Position numbers and translations under genes: made by a program
Assembly (NCBI GenBank): GCA_002104905.1
Contig: MCFE01000499.1
Location: 1-64,000, forward strand
Origin: Basidiobolus meristosporus CBS 931.73
Lineage: Eukaryota > Fungi > Basidiobolomycota
Length of the DNA: 64,000 nucleotides
Reading direction: 5' to 3'
The notes under the pieces: generated by a model
Databases searched by the model: none
What the model was told of the DNA's origin: nothing
What the model saw: only the letters and a program-made list of their open reading frames with translations
Shown: piece by piece, positions 37,722 to 50,400 of the stretch
Layout: each line of letters starts with the position of its first letter
Numbering within the stretch: position 1 is the stretch's first letter

Positions 37722-39080
37722 CTCACAAGATTTAGCATCTTAGGAAGTAAACATGGGCAAAGTAATGTAACCTTTGAGGAGTGAGCTGGTCCCTAAGGTG
37801 GATCCCATCCAGATTGAGCATTGGGATCCTATAAGTGATCATCATTAAATTAGCAAGCCGGAATTCTTATGCTTGGCAATGGACTTATGGCAGTATCTTC
37901 ATGGTGTCATGCAATCTGGACTGCCCAATATGATAAAAATGTGATGGTGTTCTAGCAACCTTATATTAAACCTCTAATGACTTCATTGCAGTGTTATAGA
38001 GATACCTTGCTAGCAAATGTTTCTGATTGCCTCATATGATGAAAACTTGACTAGGTTATGACTGCCTTCTGATAGACTCTTACAGGCTTTTACCTCAAAA
38101 AGAGCTGTAATAATTCCATTGAAAGGCCACCAAAGGACTAAATCCCCATGACAAAGAAGTGGTGACACCATTAGTGTCATGATCACATGACAACCATGAA
38201 CACCCATGCCAAGTTTCCGCTTCCTAGCTCAATTTCTAAGAGATTCCTTCTGGAACCTTCTACCACCTTCCAGAAAGTTCCTGACCATTCCAAACCATTG
38301 TTACACAATGGAACATTCCATGGAAGCATTCCATCATATTTTTCATAGTCCAGTACCATATATGGAAATACCAGGTCACATGACTTAGTCACATGATCAG
38401 GTGACCCAATCCATTTCCCCATCCTGTCTCAGTGCCGTGTCATCTATGTCATTATCCCCAGCACCATTGCTGTGCCTCACCCCACAACCCCATTAGTATT
38501 AGCTAATATCTCTTGGCATCAGTATAGCCAAAAAGTATATATAGTCCTATCCCCCCTTAAGTATTCCTCAGTCTGATAAACACAGGTCTTGAATAAACAG
38601 CCTTGCCTTGGAAATCCACCTTGCCTTGTTGATCCACACCTAAGTCCTTTCCTGGTCCTGCCTTGCCTAGCTCTACTCTCCTGCTTTGTGTCTATTCATA
38701 ACAGTTTTATCAGACTCCCCTGACTTACCTGTGGATCCCTGCCTTCTGCCCAAAGTTTGAAGAAAACTTGTAAAAGGAATACTCACTGTAAGTATCACCC
38801 ATCATCTTTCCCTAGTGTTGTCCTATAAAGGCAAAGATACTTTATCTTTGTAAAACTATTGGTCAAAGCTGCATTCACTTTATTACCCTGCTGGTGGAGT
38901 TTACAGTTGTTACAGTATTGGAAGCTTTAGTACAATATTCTATCAAAGGACGTTGAAACCCATACCTTTCTGAAGTGACGCTAACTTATCTAAGTTGGGG
39001 ATTGTGGCTCAATAGTTGTATTCTTGACATACTAGTGGCTTTACAAACTCACAACCTAGTTTAGTATATTCCAGTATTCC

Positions 39081-40043
39081 TTGCAAGTTCATCCACCTTC
39101 CTCTGCTGCCATTTCCAACCTAGAGCTGAACTTTGCCCAGCTCATGGCTGCCTTTACCCAACTGCAGCAAGACCATGCAGACCTCAGAAACACTCTTGCT
39201 CAGTTCCAGAACCAAAGTGTCCAGCAAACTAGCCATGTCCCAGTCTACCAAGAACCCAAGTATACTCCTGCTACCAAGTTCAATGGCTCTCAGAATGAAT
39301 TCCGTGGCTTCATCAACATGGTGAAGAACAATCTTGCACTCCAGCCCAACTGGTACCCCACTGACCAGGCCAAAGTTGGTTTCATCTCCAACCTGCTTAC
39401 TGGTACAGCTCTCAAGTGGTTCTCCCCATTAGTGGAGACCAACTCTCCCCTCCTCAGAGACTACCAAGCTTTTCTCACTGAAATGGAGCTAACATTTGGT
39501 AACCTTGACCAAGCCAGAACTGCTGCCAACAAGATCAAGACCCTCAAGCAAGGGAACAAACCAGCATCAGTCTATGCCTCAGAATTCCTACAACTCCCCA
39601 GTGACCTCAGCTCCTGGCGTCAAGCAGCCTTGATTAGCCAATTCCAAGATGGCCTCAATGATGATATTTGTGATCTGCTACTCACACTCCCAGATCCAGA
39701 TACATTGGCTGAAGCTATGCACCAAGCAATCCGGTGTGATAACAGACTATTCCAGAAGAAGCAAAAGAACCGTCAAAGACACATTCCTGTTGCAGTCCCA
39801 GCCCCTCCTGCTCCCCAAGTCACTCCAGAAGATCCTATGCAGATTGAGAGTGCCAAATAAAAGAAACTATCAAAGAGTGAGAAGTCTAGACATCAACAAG
39901 CCAACCTCTGTCTATACTGTGGCCAACCAGGTCACTTTGCCAAGTCCTGCCCCAACAAGAAGTCCAGCTTCAAGCTGATGCAGTCCTCCAGTAACCAACC
40001 TGATTCAGATCTGTCGGGAAGCTCCAATGTCCAGTTGCACTGA
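39081..40043 (+). pseudogene. gag: gag of the chromovirus (capsid + CCHC knuckle) with a premature TAA at 39858-39860
   Basis: KFNGSQNEFRGFI...LLTGTALKWF...LKQGNKPASVYASEF; the same frame resumes after the stop with [15 protein letters not shown]. Confidence 0.9.
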
Positions 40044-43000
40044 CAGGCTTGCAACTGGACCCACCCATGAAAATCCAGCATATCCAAGAATCTTCCTTTG
40101 CCACAAAATCTATCCAGTCCTTGAGAATGCCTGTCAAAATCCAGATCCCTGACTCCATTACTGTCCCAGTCCTAGCCCTGATTGATTCTGGTGCTTCATC
40201 CTGTTTCATTGACCAAGCCTTTGTCCACAAGCACTCTATTCCTGTTACCTTAAAATCCTGTCCAGTCCAAGTAGAAGTTATTGATGGAAGATCACTCTCC
40301 TCTGGTGCCATTACCCATGAAACATGCTTACTTCAGCTGTCCAGTACTGCTCACCAAGAAAGTATTGCCTTCAACATCATCAACTCACCACACTATCCTA
40401 TTGTGCTTGGAAGCTCATGGCTGAGCTACCACAATCCAAGTATTGATTGGAAATCCAAGATCCTGTCATTCACCAGATCCCACCAAGTCAACTCCATGAA
40501 ATCTCCAGACCCTGAAAACTGTGAAAAGACTGTTGCCAACAGTTCAACAGCCCAAGATACCTTGCAAGCTGAAGGAGCCCCCTCAGCAAACATACCAGCC
40601 AAGTACCAAGAGTTTGCCCATGTCTTTGACAAGAAGAAAGCAGAACTCCTCCCTGACCATTGGCCTTATGACTGCCCTATTGACCTTGATGATGGAAAAG
40701 TCCCTCCATTTGGCCCAAAATATAACCTCTCCTAGCTGGAGATGAAAGAACTCCATGGTTATATTGAAGAAAACCTCCAGAAGGGTTTTATTCAGCACTC
40801 CAAATCACCTGCTGGAGCCCGAATCCTCTTTGTCAAGAAGAAGGATGGCACACTCAGAATGTGTGTGGACTACCATGCATTGAATAAGATCACAGTCAAG
40901 AACCGCTACCCCCTGCCCCTGATCAACACACTGTTGGATCAGCTATCTGCTGCCCAAGTCTTCACCAAGATTGACTTGAGAGGAGCTTACAAACTTGTCA
41001 GAATCAAGCCCAGTTATGAATGGAAAACTGCCTTTTGCACAAGATATGGTCACTTTGAGTGCAAAGTAATGCTATTTGGCCTCACCAATGCCCCTGCTGT
41101 GTTTCAACACCTCATGAATGACATATTCCGTGAATACCTTGACCAGTTTGTGGTAATGTACCTTGATAATATTCTCATATACTCCAAGAGCCAAGATGAA
41201 CATGATGAACATGTCAAGAAAGTATTGAGAAAACTAGACTCTGCTGGTCTCTATGCCAAGCTAGAGAAGTGTGAATTTGACCAGAGAGAAGTGGAATTTC
41301 TTGGTTACCTCATCAGCCCTGAGGGAACAAGAATGGACCCAAAGAAAGTTGACTCAGTTCAATCCTGGAAAACTCCAAGCTCAGTTAAGGAAGTACAATC
41401 CTTCCTGGGATTTGCCAACTTCTATTGCAGGTTCATAGCCAACTACTCCAAGATAGTCACCCCTCTGACAAAGCTTACCCAGAAGAACACATCTTTTGCC
41501 TGGAATGAGGAGCAATCCAGCTCATTCAACCAACTCAAGAAATCTTTCCTGAAGGCCCCCCTGCTTGCCCACCCTGACCTTGAGAAGCAATTCATAGTGG
41601 AGACTGATGCGTCTGATTTTGCCCTTGGTGCCATACTCTCCCAGTATGATGAGGACAATGTGTTGCACCCCATTGCATTCTACTCTTGGAAGTTTTCCCC
41701 TGCAGAGATCAACTATGATATCTATGATAAGGAGTTGCTTGCCATCATTGTAGCCTTTGAGCAACAGAGACACTACCTGGATGGTGCAAAACACAAAATC
41801 AAAGTCTTCTGTGACCATAAGAACCTTGAGTACTTTGCAACTTCCAAAGTACTAAACGGAAGACATGCCAGATGGTCACTCTTCCTGTCCAGCTTTGACT
41901 TTACTATCACCTATAGACCTGGTGCAAAGCAAGGAGAGCCTGATGCCCTGTCCAGAAAAAAGGAATATGCCCTGGAAGAGGGAGATGATGCCTGTTGGCA
42001 AATGGAACACCCACTGCTGAGCAAGAATCATTTTGAGATTCTTGCCACCCAGTCCTCAAGTCTTGTCATCCCTTCATTCCTAGTAAGGATATCAGAATCC
42101 CAAGCCTCTGATATGACTTCCAGCACCATCAAGAAATATCTTGAATCCCCAGTTGGGCCCCCTCCCAAGTTCCCAAACATCCAGAACCTGCATTTGGTAA
42201 ACAACCTCATCTACCACAAGCAGCAGCTTTATGTCCCAGACCTTGCCATCCAGCTAGACATCATTAAGTCTTGGCGTGATTCAATGGCTGCAGGCCACTT
42301 TGGTACTGCCAAAACCTTGAATGCTATCAAAAGAGATTTCTGGTGGCCTAGAATGATAACTCTTATCAAAGAGTACATTCTGACTTGTGATATTTGCAAC
42401 CGTGCAAAACCAGCCAGACACCAGCCCTATGGACTTCTTCAGCCCTTGCCTATCCCAGAACACCAATGGAGATCTATATCTATGAACTTCATTACTGACC
42501 TCCCTGAGTCATGTGGCTTCAATGCTTTACTTGTAGTGGCTGACTGGCTGACCAAGATGGCTCACTTTATCCCTTGCTGTAAGAACACTGATGCAAAAGA
42601 AACCGCTGCATTAGTCCTGAAGAATATTTTCCATCTTCATGGTATCCCCAGTAATATTGTTTCAGATAGAGGCCCACAGTTTGCATCCAAGTTTTGGAAA
42701 CACTTCATGCAATACCTTGGTGTTCAAGTCAAGCTCTCTACCGCCTTCCATCCACAGTCTGATGGCCAGACTGAAAGAATCAACCAGATTCTAGAGCAAT
42801 ACTTCCGGTGCTATATCAATTACCAGCAAGACAATTGGGTTGATCTACTCCCTGTTGCTGAGTTTGCCTACAACAACTCAAGCCATAGTGCAACTGGTTT
42901 TACACCATTCTATGCAAACTATGGATTCCACCCTCAGTTTGATATCCAGATTCCAACAAACCCAATGAGCCCACACGCAGCTGAACATGCCCAAGCAATC

Positions 43001-43564
43001 CAGGACATCCAGAATACCCTCAAGGAAGAACTATCCTTAGCTCAGGAAAGCTACAAGAAATTTGCCAATCTAAAATGGCATCCCAGCCCTGATCTTAATG
43101 AAGGAGATTCTGTATGGCTGCTCAGAAGAAATATCAGCACCAACCGCCCTTGTGACAAATTGGATTTCAAGAGACTTGGTCCTTTCAAGATCAGGAAGAA
43201 GCTTAGCCCTATAGTATATCAGCTACAGTTACCAGCAAGTATGGAAATCCATGATACTTTCCATGTGTCCCTCCTGGAGCCGTATTGTAGGAACACCTTG
43301 CCAAACCGGCAAGAAGCAAAGCCCCAAGCTATCCAGGCTAACCAACATCAAGAATTTGAAGTTAAACAGGTTCTAGACTCCAAGTTTATCCGGTCAAAGC
43401 TGTACTACTTAGTAGAATGGATTGGTTATGGACCAAGTGACCAAACATGGGAACCAGCTACCCATCTCACTAATTGTCAAGAACTAGTTACCCAGTTCCA
43501 CCAACAATATCCTGGAAAACCTGCCCCAAAGGGAAACAGAGCTTTGCCTGGAAGAGGAGAATAG
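40016..43564 (+). pseudogene. pol: pol of the chromovirus (protease, RT, RNase H, integrase, chromodomain); TAG at 40733-40735, catalytic YLDD>YLDN and SMDF>SMNF
   Basis: ALIDSGASSCF; [13 protein letters not shown]; GLTNAPAVFQ; VETDASDFALG; GHFG...CDIC; SDRGPQF; DGQTERINQ; EFEVKQVLD...YLVEWIGYGPSDQTWEP. Confidence 0.95.
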
Positions 43565-44899
43565 TGTCATGATCACATGACAACCATGAACACCCATGCC
43601 AAGTTTCAGCTTCCTAGCTCAATTTCTAAGAGATTCCTTCTGGAACCTTCTACCACCTTCCAGAAAGTTCCTGACCATTCCAAACCATTGTTACACAATG
43701 GAACATTCCATGGAAGCTTTCCATCATATTTTTCATAGTCCAGTACCATTTATGGAAATACCAGGTCACATGACTTAGTCACATGATCAGGTGACCCAAT
43801 CCATTTCCCCATCCTGTCTCAGTGCCGTGTCATCTATGTCATTATCCCCAGCACCATTGCTGTGCCTCACCCCACAACCCCATTAGTATTAGCTAATATC
43901 TCTTGGCATCAGTATAGCCAAAAAGTATATATAGTCCTATCCCCCCTTAAGTATTCCTCAGTCTGATAAACACAGGTCTTGAATAAACAGCCTTGCCTTG
44001 GAAATCCGCCTTGCCTTGTTGATCCACACCTAAGTCCTTTCCTGGTCCTGCCTTGCCTAGCTCTACTCTCCTGCCTTGTGTCTATTCATAACAATTAGGA
44101 CCCCGTGCAAAAACTGTTGGACAAAAATAGCACACTCAATCTGTAAATAGACTTTGCAAAATTCTTACTCTGACCATTTCCAAGTTACTTCTCATTAAAC
44201 TCTTCCTTTCTACTCTTTCCATGACCAGACACTCAATTTTCTCCTACAATTGTTTACATTGACAAGCTATTGCCTCTTTTTGGTGGCAAATATTGTAGAT
44301 GCAGTTACAATGTGGTATATTGATATATATATTGATATGGCCCCAATTGACTATTAGACAAGCTTTTGGAAAGGACATTAGACTTGTTCCATTAGATAGT
44401 GCCATATGGTGCCAGCCAGTTTGAAGTGCAAGATTGATCTGGCATCCTAAGGCACTATCTTGCACTTTAACTTCTACAATCATACAAGTGGTAGGATGCA
44501 ATTACTTGTAGTTTTACTCAAACATAGCCAAATTGCTCACAGCAGTGCTTTTTTTGCTTTATTTACTCTGCATAATGCTCTAGACACATTTCCCTTGGCA
44601 TTTGTCTTCTTGCACAAGTACACTGCGCATTAATTGTTATCCTGACTATTTTACTAATTTTGATGTTTTCTCCTGTATATGAATTTCCTCTGTATTTTCC
44701 TGTTTATGTGCTGAATCACTTTAGATATCCAAATGTATACTCTACTCTCACTCTGATGTGGTCAAGTATCTCATTGTATAGCATCTGCTTGCTGCTAAGC
44801 ACACTATTCCTTGGCTTCCTATAAGCTGTGATACATCCTAATCTCTGACAATCTTCTCCTATATAAGCTAAGCATGGCAAATATTTCCCCCCTCTAGTG

Positions 44900-45480
44900 A
44901 ATTCTAGAAATTTCTCTACCCAGAGTGCTTTGTCATGCCCACTTCAATCAAATGGCCTACTAAATCAGATGATGTTACTCTCAATGTAAGACGGTGCTTG
45001 AGGCTTCAAGCAATATCTCTATGAAAAATAATTTTGTCCCATGGGTCACTCTAATCCAGATCAGCCATCAGAATCCCTCAATGAGTCCATGATAATGCCA
45101 GCAGCTAAGAATTGTTGACCCTCTACACAACTTGATGATGGGATAACAATAAAGACAGTGTTTGAGCAGTCTTTTGACAAGAGTTGATTGGCATACTAAC
45201 AGTCTTGATATGCTCTACTTATACTGTTGAAAAATAATTGCACCCCAAATTTCACAAAAAATTTGGTCAATATTGTTAATCACAGCAATGTATAAGTGGC
45301 TTTTGATTGGTTCCCTGCCAATTTGCTTACTTTCAGATCCCAGACACTCTATTGCTTCCTATATTTGTGTGCATTGGTTGGCTATTGCCTCTTTTTCATA
45401 CTTGTTACTTCCTGACTCAACCGTTTCTCTCACTTTTCATGCATCCAAGTTGATTTATTTCTGTTAAAACTTCAGCTGTA
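44900..45480 (-). mobile_element. Highly degraded gypsy RT relic
   Basis: Broken frames give IDQIFCEIWGAIIF...SRAYQ...SKDCSNTVF, resembling the LPxIDxLxxxLxGAxxFSxLDxxxAY region of RT. Confidence 0.35.
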
Positions 45481-45574
45481 CCTCAATGGCCAATTGTATT
45501 GATCTATACAAGTCCCTATACCCTACACTAAGATTAAGCCCAACCCTGCACTCATCAAGTAACTCTATTAAAAT

Positions 45575-47032
45575 CTACCACTCAATAAGTATTTCTGCTG
45601 TAATGCTTGGGTTCCACAACTTTGGTGGGAGCCCAACAGCTTCATGCCACTGTTGATTTGCTTGTTCCCACACATCCTGGTCTTCAGCCAGCACTGCAAG
45701 GTCTAGCACCTCATCTGCCAGCCTTTGCAATAAATCTTTGCAATATTCCAGTGTGTTTTCTTGAGCACTGCTCTCAAAGAAGTGCTGCAACCTCTTGGTG
45801 TGCCTATTAATGTTCCAAATTCCACTGAAGGCACTGTGATAGTCTTTGGAGATCTTTACATTGTAGCCTCGTCTGTCAGTGGGATCTTCACTCTGTCAAC
45901 AATGGAGGATGTGGAGGCTGTGGTAAACAAATTGCCTTTCTCAGCAAACTCATCTACCTTGCTGGAGTGTAGCTCAACTGGCTGCACTTCCAACTCTCAT
46001 GAAAACAGCTGTTTTCTTGTTGGTAATTTATCTTGGCTACAATAGGATTCAGTTTGTTCCAGGCTTATGATGGAATTCAGTCTGTTCCAGGCTTGCGGCG
46101 TCAATTGGCAGGAACTGCAGTTTTCTTGCATGCCTCCCTGCCTCAGGCTTGGGTAGAGATTTTTCCCTTTACCTTTCCTTTATCACTGCCAGGTCTTTCT
46201 CTGCTACTTTGTCTGAGTGCTTCTTGTAAAGGACTATGTTTTCTCCTGGATAAACTCTGATCTAACACATATATTTAGCTTGCTTGCCCCTTGCTGGTAC
46301 TCTTCAGGCAACCTGACATTTCTTTTCCACTTGTTTTGAGCTCTCAGCCATAGTTGTGATGGGCTCCTATAAAAGCTGCTGGTTTTTATCACAGCCAGAT
46401 CCTTCACTGCTACTTTGACTGGGTGCACCTTGAGTGGTACTATGCTTTTTCCTTGATAATTGTTGTGCTGGTGCATCTGTGTCTGCCTGCTTGTCCCTAA
46501 TTGGCGCTCTTCCAGCCACCTGAGATCTCTTTGATGCTTGTCTGGAGCTTTTGGCCCTGCTTGTAATGGGCTCTTGAGGAAGCCGCTGGCTTTTAGCCAT
46601 GATACCCTTGTTCTTCTGCCTTTGATAGTTTCTGCTATTCTTGGGATACTCTCTCAGTATACCAGTGCTTGCGCAAACTCCATATGCCTGTTTGAATCCT
46701 GGATATTGCTCATGGAACAAGTCAAGTGCATTCTGCTTGGCCTTGAGTGCCTGATGGTCCCATGGTATGCCAACCTTAAGGTGATGGCATGCTAGACTTC
46801 TGACAGCCTCTTGAATATCAGCCCACTCTTCATTGTTGCACTCAACTGCTTTGCAGATCTTCAGTGTCTTTTGATTTTTGGGCTTTGGTAAAAACACCAC
46901 ATTGTCTTCCTCCCATGCTGTGATAGGTTATACTGTGGGCTTTATCTTTGGGCACTGTGGTTGTGTTTCAAAGACTGTATAGTGTTCCTCTGCTGTTACT
47001 TTGGGAAATAGCTCAATTCTTGGTTGTGACAT
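45575..47032 (-). pseudogene. Extra (non gag/pol) ORF downstream of gypsy integrase, about 480 codons, disrupted
   Basis: ATG at 47032 is in frame with ORF 46367-46900 across one TAA. Segments: WDHQALKAKQNALDLFHEQYPGF...LREYPKNSRNYQR, a Q/S/K-rich repetitive middle, and a C-terminal EYCKDLLQRLADEVLD...QWHEAVG. A second copy lies at ~50400-51302. Confidence 0.6.
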
Positions 47033-47267
47033 TGAGCTACTTGAGTTCCTACTTTGCAGCAAAGATACTGCTTTCCCTATCCAGGATATTGATTGCTCTA
47101 CACATAGTACTAAAACTGATCTAACTTAAACATTAAAGTGATAGATCATAATATTCTCCCCTACTATAGTTGAGAGGGTTCTCCTGAATCTCTTTTCTTG
47201 TGATACCAATATCTTGATAGTCCAGTATTGTTGGCAAGTCTTACAAGTTTGAGTCAGTCTCTATGAA

Positions 47268-50200
47268 CTAAATCTTCCTAGATACTCCCTGTTTGTCCAC
47301 TATTTGATAAGTTGCAAATGGACATTCTTGGATGATCTTAAAAGGCCCTGTCCATTGTGGCTCAAACTTCTTCCAAGTGCGGTTTGTCATCACTACAAAG
47401 TTCCCAACTTTCAATGTTTCTGGTGATATAGTGTTGTCAAATCTCTGTTTCATCTTTTCTGAACTTTGAGATATTCTGTCCTGTGCCTCTTGGCGTCTTT
47501 GTTCCAGCTGCTGGTGTCTACTTGGCTGACTGTGTTGATCTTCCAAGGTGTCTGTAAGCTTTGGTTGGGTGAGATCTCCTGGAATCCTTGGTTCCAATAA
47601 CCCATTAGACCTCTCAGTGACTCCATTGATTCTAGGGTGCTATGCCAAGGTTTTCAAGTGTTTGATCTGCTGTATTTCCAGGCTTCCAATGTCTTTGCCA
47701 CAATGTTTGCTCCTCTATTGGATAAAATCTCTTCTGGGCATCCAAACTTCATAAAGATCTCATAGTCAATGAAACTTGCAACTTCCTGTTCACTGGCTAC
47801 AGGAACTGCTTTAGCCATGGGCAATTTGATGGCATGCTCAATTGCTACTGGGGTCCAACAGTTGCATTTCCTGGTGGCTGGTAGTCTTCCAATAAAGTCA
47901 AATCCCCATATTTCAAATGGTCTTACAAGCTTCAACGGAAGGAGTTTGGTAATTCCCTGTGCTTGGCCTTGGTTGATATGGCAATTTGGACATGTTTTCA
48001 CAAGCTTCTTAGTGTCTTGTTTCATTCAGGGCCACCATGCTCTGGATTTTACTAGGCTATAGGTTCCCTCAACACCAAGATATCCATATTCATTGTGTAA
48101 CTTATGTATTAAGTCCAGGCAAGCAACATATGGGCAATAGGCAATAGGGCTTCCATCAACAATTTGGTAAAGTGTTTCATCCTGTACTAAAGATTTGCTG
48201 GCTTCATCTGTGGTAATAGAAAGTATTCAATTACTACAATATCTCTAAACCAATATTGCACTCATTTCTTTATTTTGCTTTTTGCTATTGTAACACACAA
48301 GTGAAAGATCAAGAATTTCCAACTTTGAAGAACAAATGCTCCAGACCCTGACAAGCAATCCACCTAAGAATATTATGTCATACAGAACACGTAGTAGCCA
48401 ACACATGTTTCAAATTACAGCTCATTTGAGGCAGTACTTAAGGAGTTATGACCAAAAGAGTCCAATTATTATACATACTATGCCTTATTGCTAGGATTAC
48501 TAGGGTGACTTTGATTGCGTGTAACTTTTGAACCAGCCAATCAAATCACATGAAATTTTCACAGGTGCTGCGCCTATGTCCGATCTGTGCCACTGCAAAA
48601 TTTTAGCTTTGTATCATGTATAGTACTTGTGCAATTGCCCAAAAACTTTGATCCTTCAAAATTTTCATATATATGACTTCCCCAGCTGAAAAATAAAGAG
48701 AGAGCCTCTCTTTCCAGAATCTCCACACTACGATTACAAGTTTAAAGGTTATAAGACTTCCCCTGCATCACTTGCACTGTTGAGTATTCTGACTTTGATT
48801 GGTACTACATCAGTAAAGAGACTGCAAAGCTCACAAGAATCCAATCTAAGTTCTACAAGAAACTACCACTTTTCTGTTGGAAAAGTCCCCTCTAAGAAAC
48901 CCCTTTACTCTGAAGACACCCCTTTAGACACCCCTTTAGTCTAAAGACCCCTTTAGAGACCCCTTTAAGAAACCCCTTTACTCTAAAGAAGCCCCTTTAG
49001 GCACCCCTTTAGTGTAAAGTCCACTTTAGAGACCACTAAAAGAAGCCCCTTTACTCTAAAGACACCCCTTGAGACACCACTTTAGGTCTAAAGACCCCTT
49101 TAAAGACTTCTACAACACACCCCTTTAGGTTAAAGGGGAGTTCAGAATTTCCATATTAAGAAATATCTTCTCAGCAAGGAAAGTGACTTCCAAATAAGGA
49201 AAAGTTACTATAAAAGTAAATAAGCCCATTAGTCAACAGAAGGTCAGAACACTGCTGTAGAAGTGATTAACACTGCCTACAGTATATTTTGAGCCTAAGA
49301 TTGAGGAAATTAGTGAAAGTTATATCTTCTATCTGTATATCAAACTCCCAATAAACTATTTCAGTATTAGCATACTGGAAGTTGTTGTATATTGTTAATT
49401 AGCCTCTACATTGTAGAACAAGCCCCAAACTAATCATAATACAACACAACACATCCTGGATTACCTTCTTGATCTCTTCATCCACCTCATCAGGAATGTC
49501 TTGGTCCTCCAAGTACTTTGGTAATAAGCTAGGTCAATCTGATTCATGCAACAAGTTGAGCTGTGCAACTTGTTCTAATCTTGATAAGGCATCAGCAACC
49601 ATGTTGTCTTTCCCAGGGCAGGATACAGTCTCTTGGTCAAATTGCTGATTGTACTCACTCCATCTTGTCATTCTTTTGGAGAGTACCTTCTGAGTAAATA
49701 TATCCTTGAGTGAGAAATGATCAGTCTTCACAGTGCAATTGACTCCTTCAATGTAGCATCTCCAGGTCTTCAAGCAGTGTATTGTGGCAAGCATATCCTT
49801 CTCATGTACTGGATAGTTTTGAATGGCTGAGCTCAGTTTCTTGAACTCAAATACAACTGGGTAGTCCTTTTGCTCATGTTCTTAGCTCATTACTCCACCA
49901 ATTGCATAGTCTGAAGAATCTGCTCACAGAGTAAACTCTTTTCTGAAACCAGGGATAGTTAAGCTTGGCAGCTTAGCAAGTTCATTCTCCAGCAACTGAA
50001 AGGCAGTCTCACAGGCTCTGTCTCATGTCATGGTGTTGTCTTTCTTGAGAATATCAGTCAAAGGGGCTGCAATACTTGCAATGGACTTGATAAATCTCTG
50101 ATAATAGGAAGCCACTCCAAGGAATGATCAAAGTTCTGATATGCTATGGGGCTGCTTCAGATTCTTGATGACTTCAATCTTCTTGGGATCTAAGGTCACT

Positions 50201-50400
50201 CCTATGCTGGTCACTATGTGTACCAGGCATTCAACATGTTCCTTCAAGAATTCACACTTGGCTAGCTTACCATATAGTTTGTTCTCTCTCAGCTACTTCA
50301 AGACCTTTTCAATGTGCACCATGTGATCCTATTCTGTCTTGATGTTTATCAATATGTCATCTAGGTAGATTATAACTAACCTGTCCAAGCATTGTAATAA
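47268..50400 (-). mobile_element. Degenerate Ty3/gypsy pol (RT C-half, RNase H, integrase) interrupted by solo LTR-C
   Basis: IIYLDDILI; TDHFSL...TRWSEY...PGKDNMVADALSR; CPNC...PFEIWGFDFIGRLP...KFGCPEEILSNRG; WTGPFKII. Confidence 0.85.
48209..49451 (+). repeat. Solo LTR-C (1243 bp), 4-bp TSD CATC
   Basis: TGTGGTAAT...ACAACA; CATC at 48205-48208 and 49452-49455; colinear with 55327-56566 and 61320-62563. Confidence 0.92.

Larger units (their letters stand above)
38175..44093 (+). mobile_element. Full-length Ty3/gypsy chromovirus (Tf1/sushi-like), inactivated; 529-bp LTR-B at 38175-38703 and 43565-44093
   Basis: TG...CA LTRs with about 5 differences by eye; TSD ATTAG at 38170-38174 and 44094-44098; gag-PR-RT-RH-IN-chromodomain order; purine-rich PPT before 43565. 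Confidence 0.97.

Noticed and set aside
44244-44560. Possible MULE SWIM-finger relic
   Set aside because: It needs several assumed substitutions, and no TIRs or DDE motif are visible.
48886-49140. CCCCTTTAG array as a CRISPR array or telomeric repeat
   Set aside because: Eukaryotic context, no constant repeat with unique spacers, not TTAGGG-like, and it is an internal part of every LTR-C copy.
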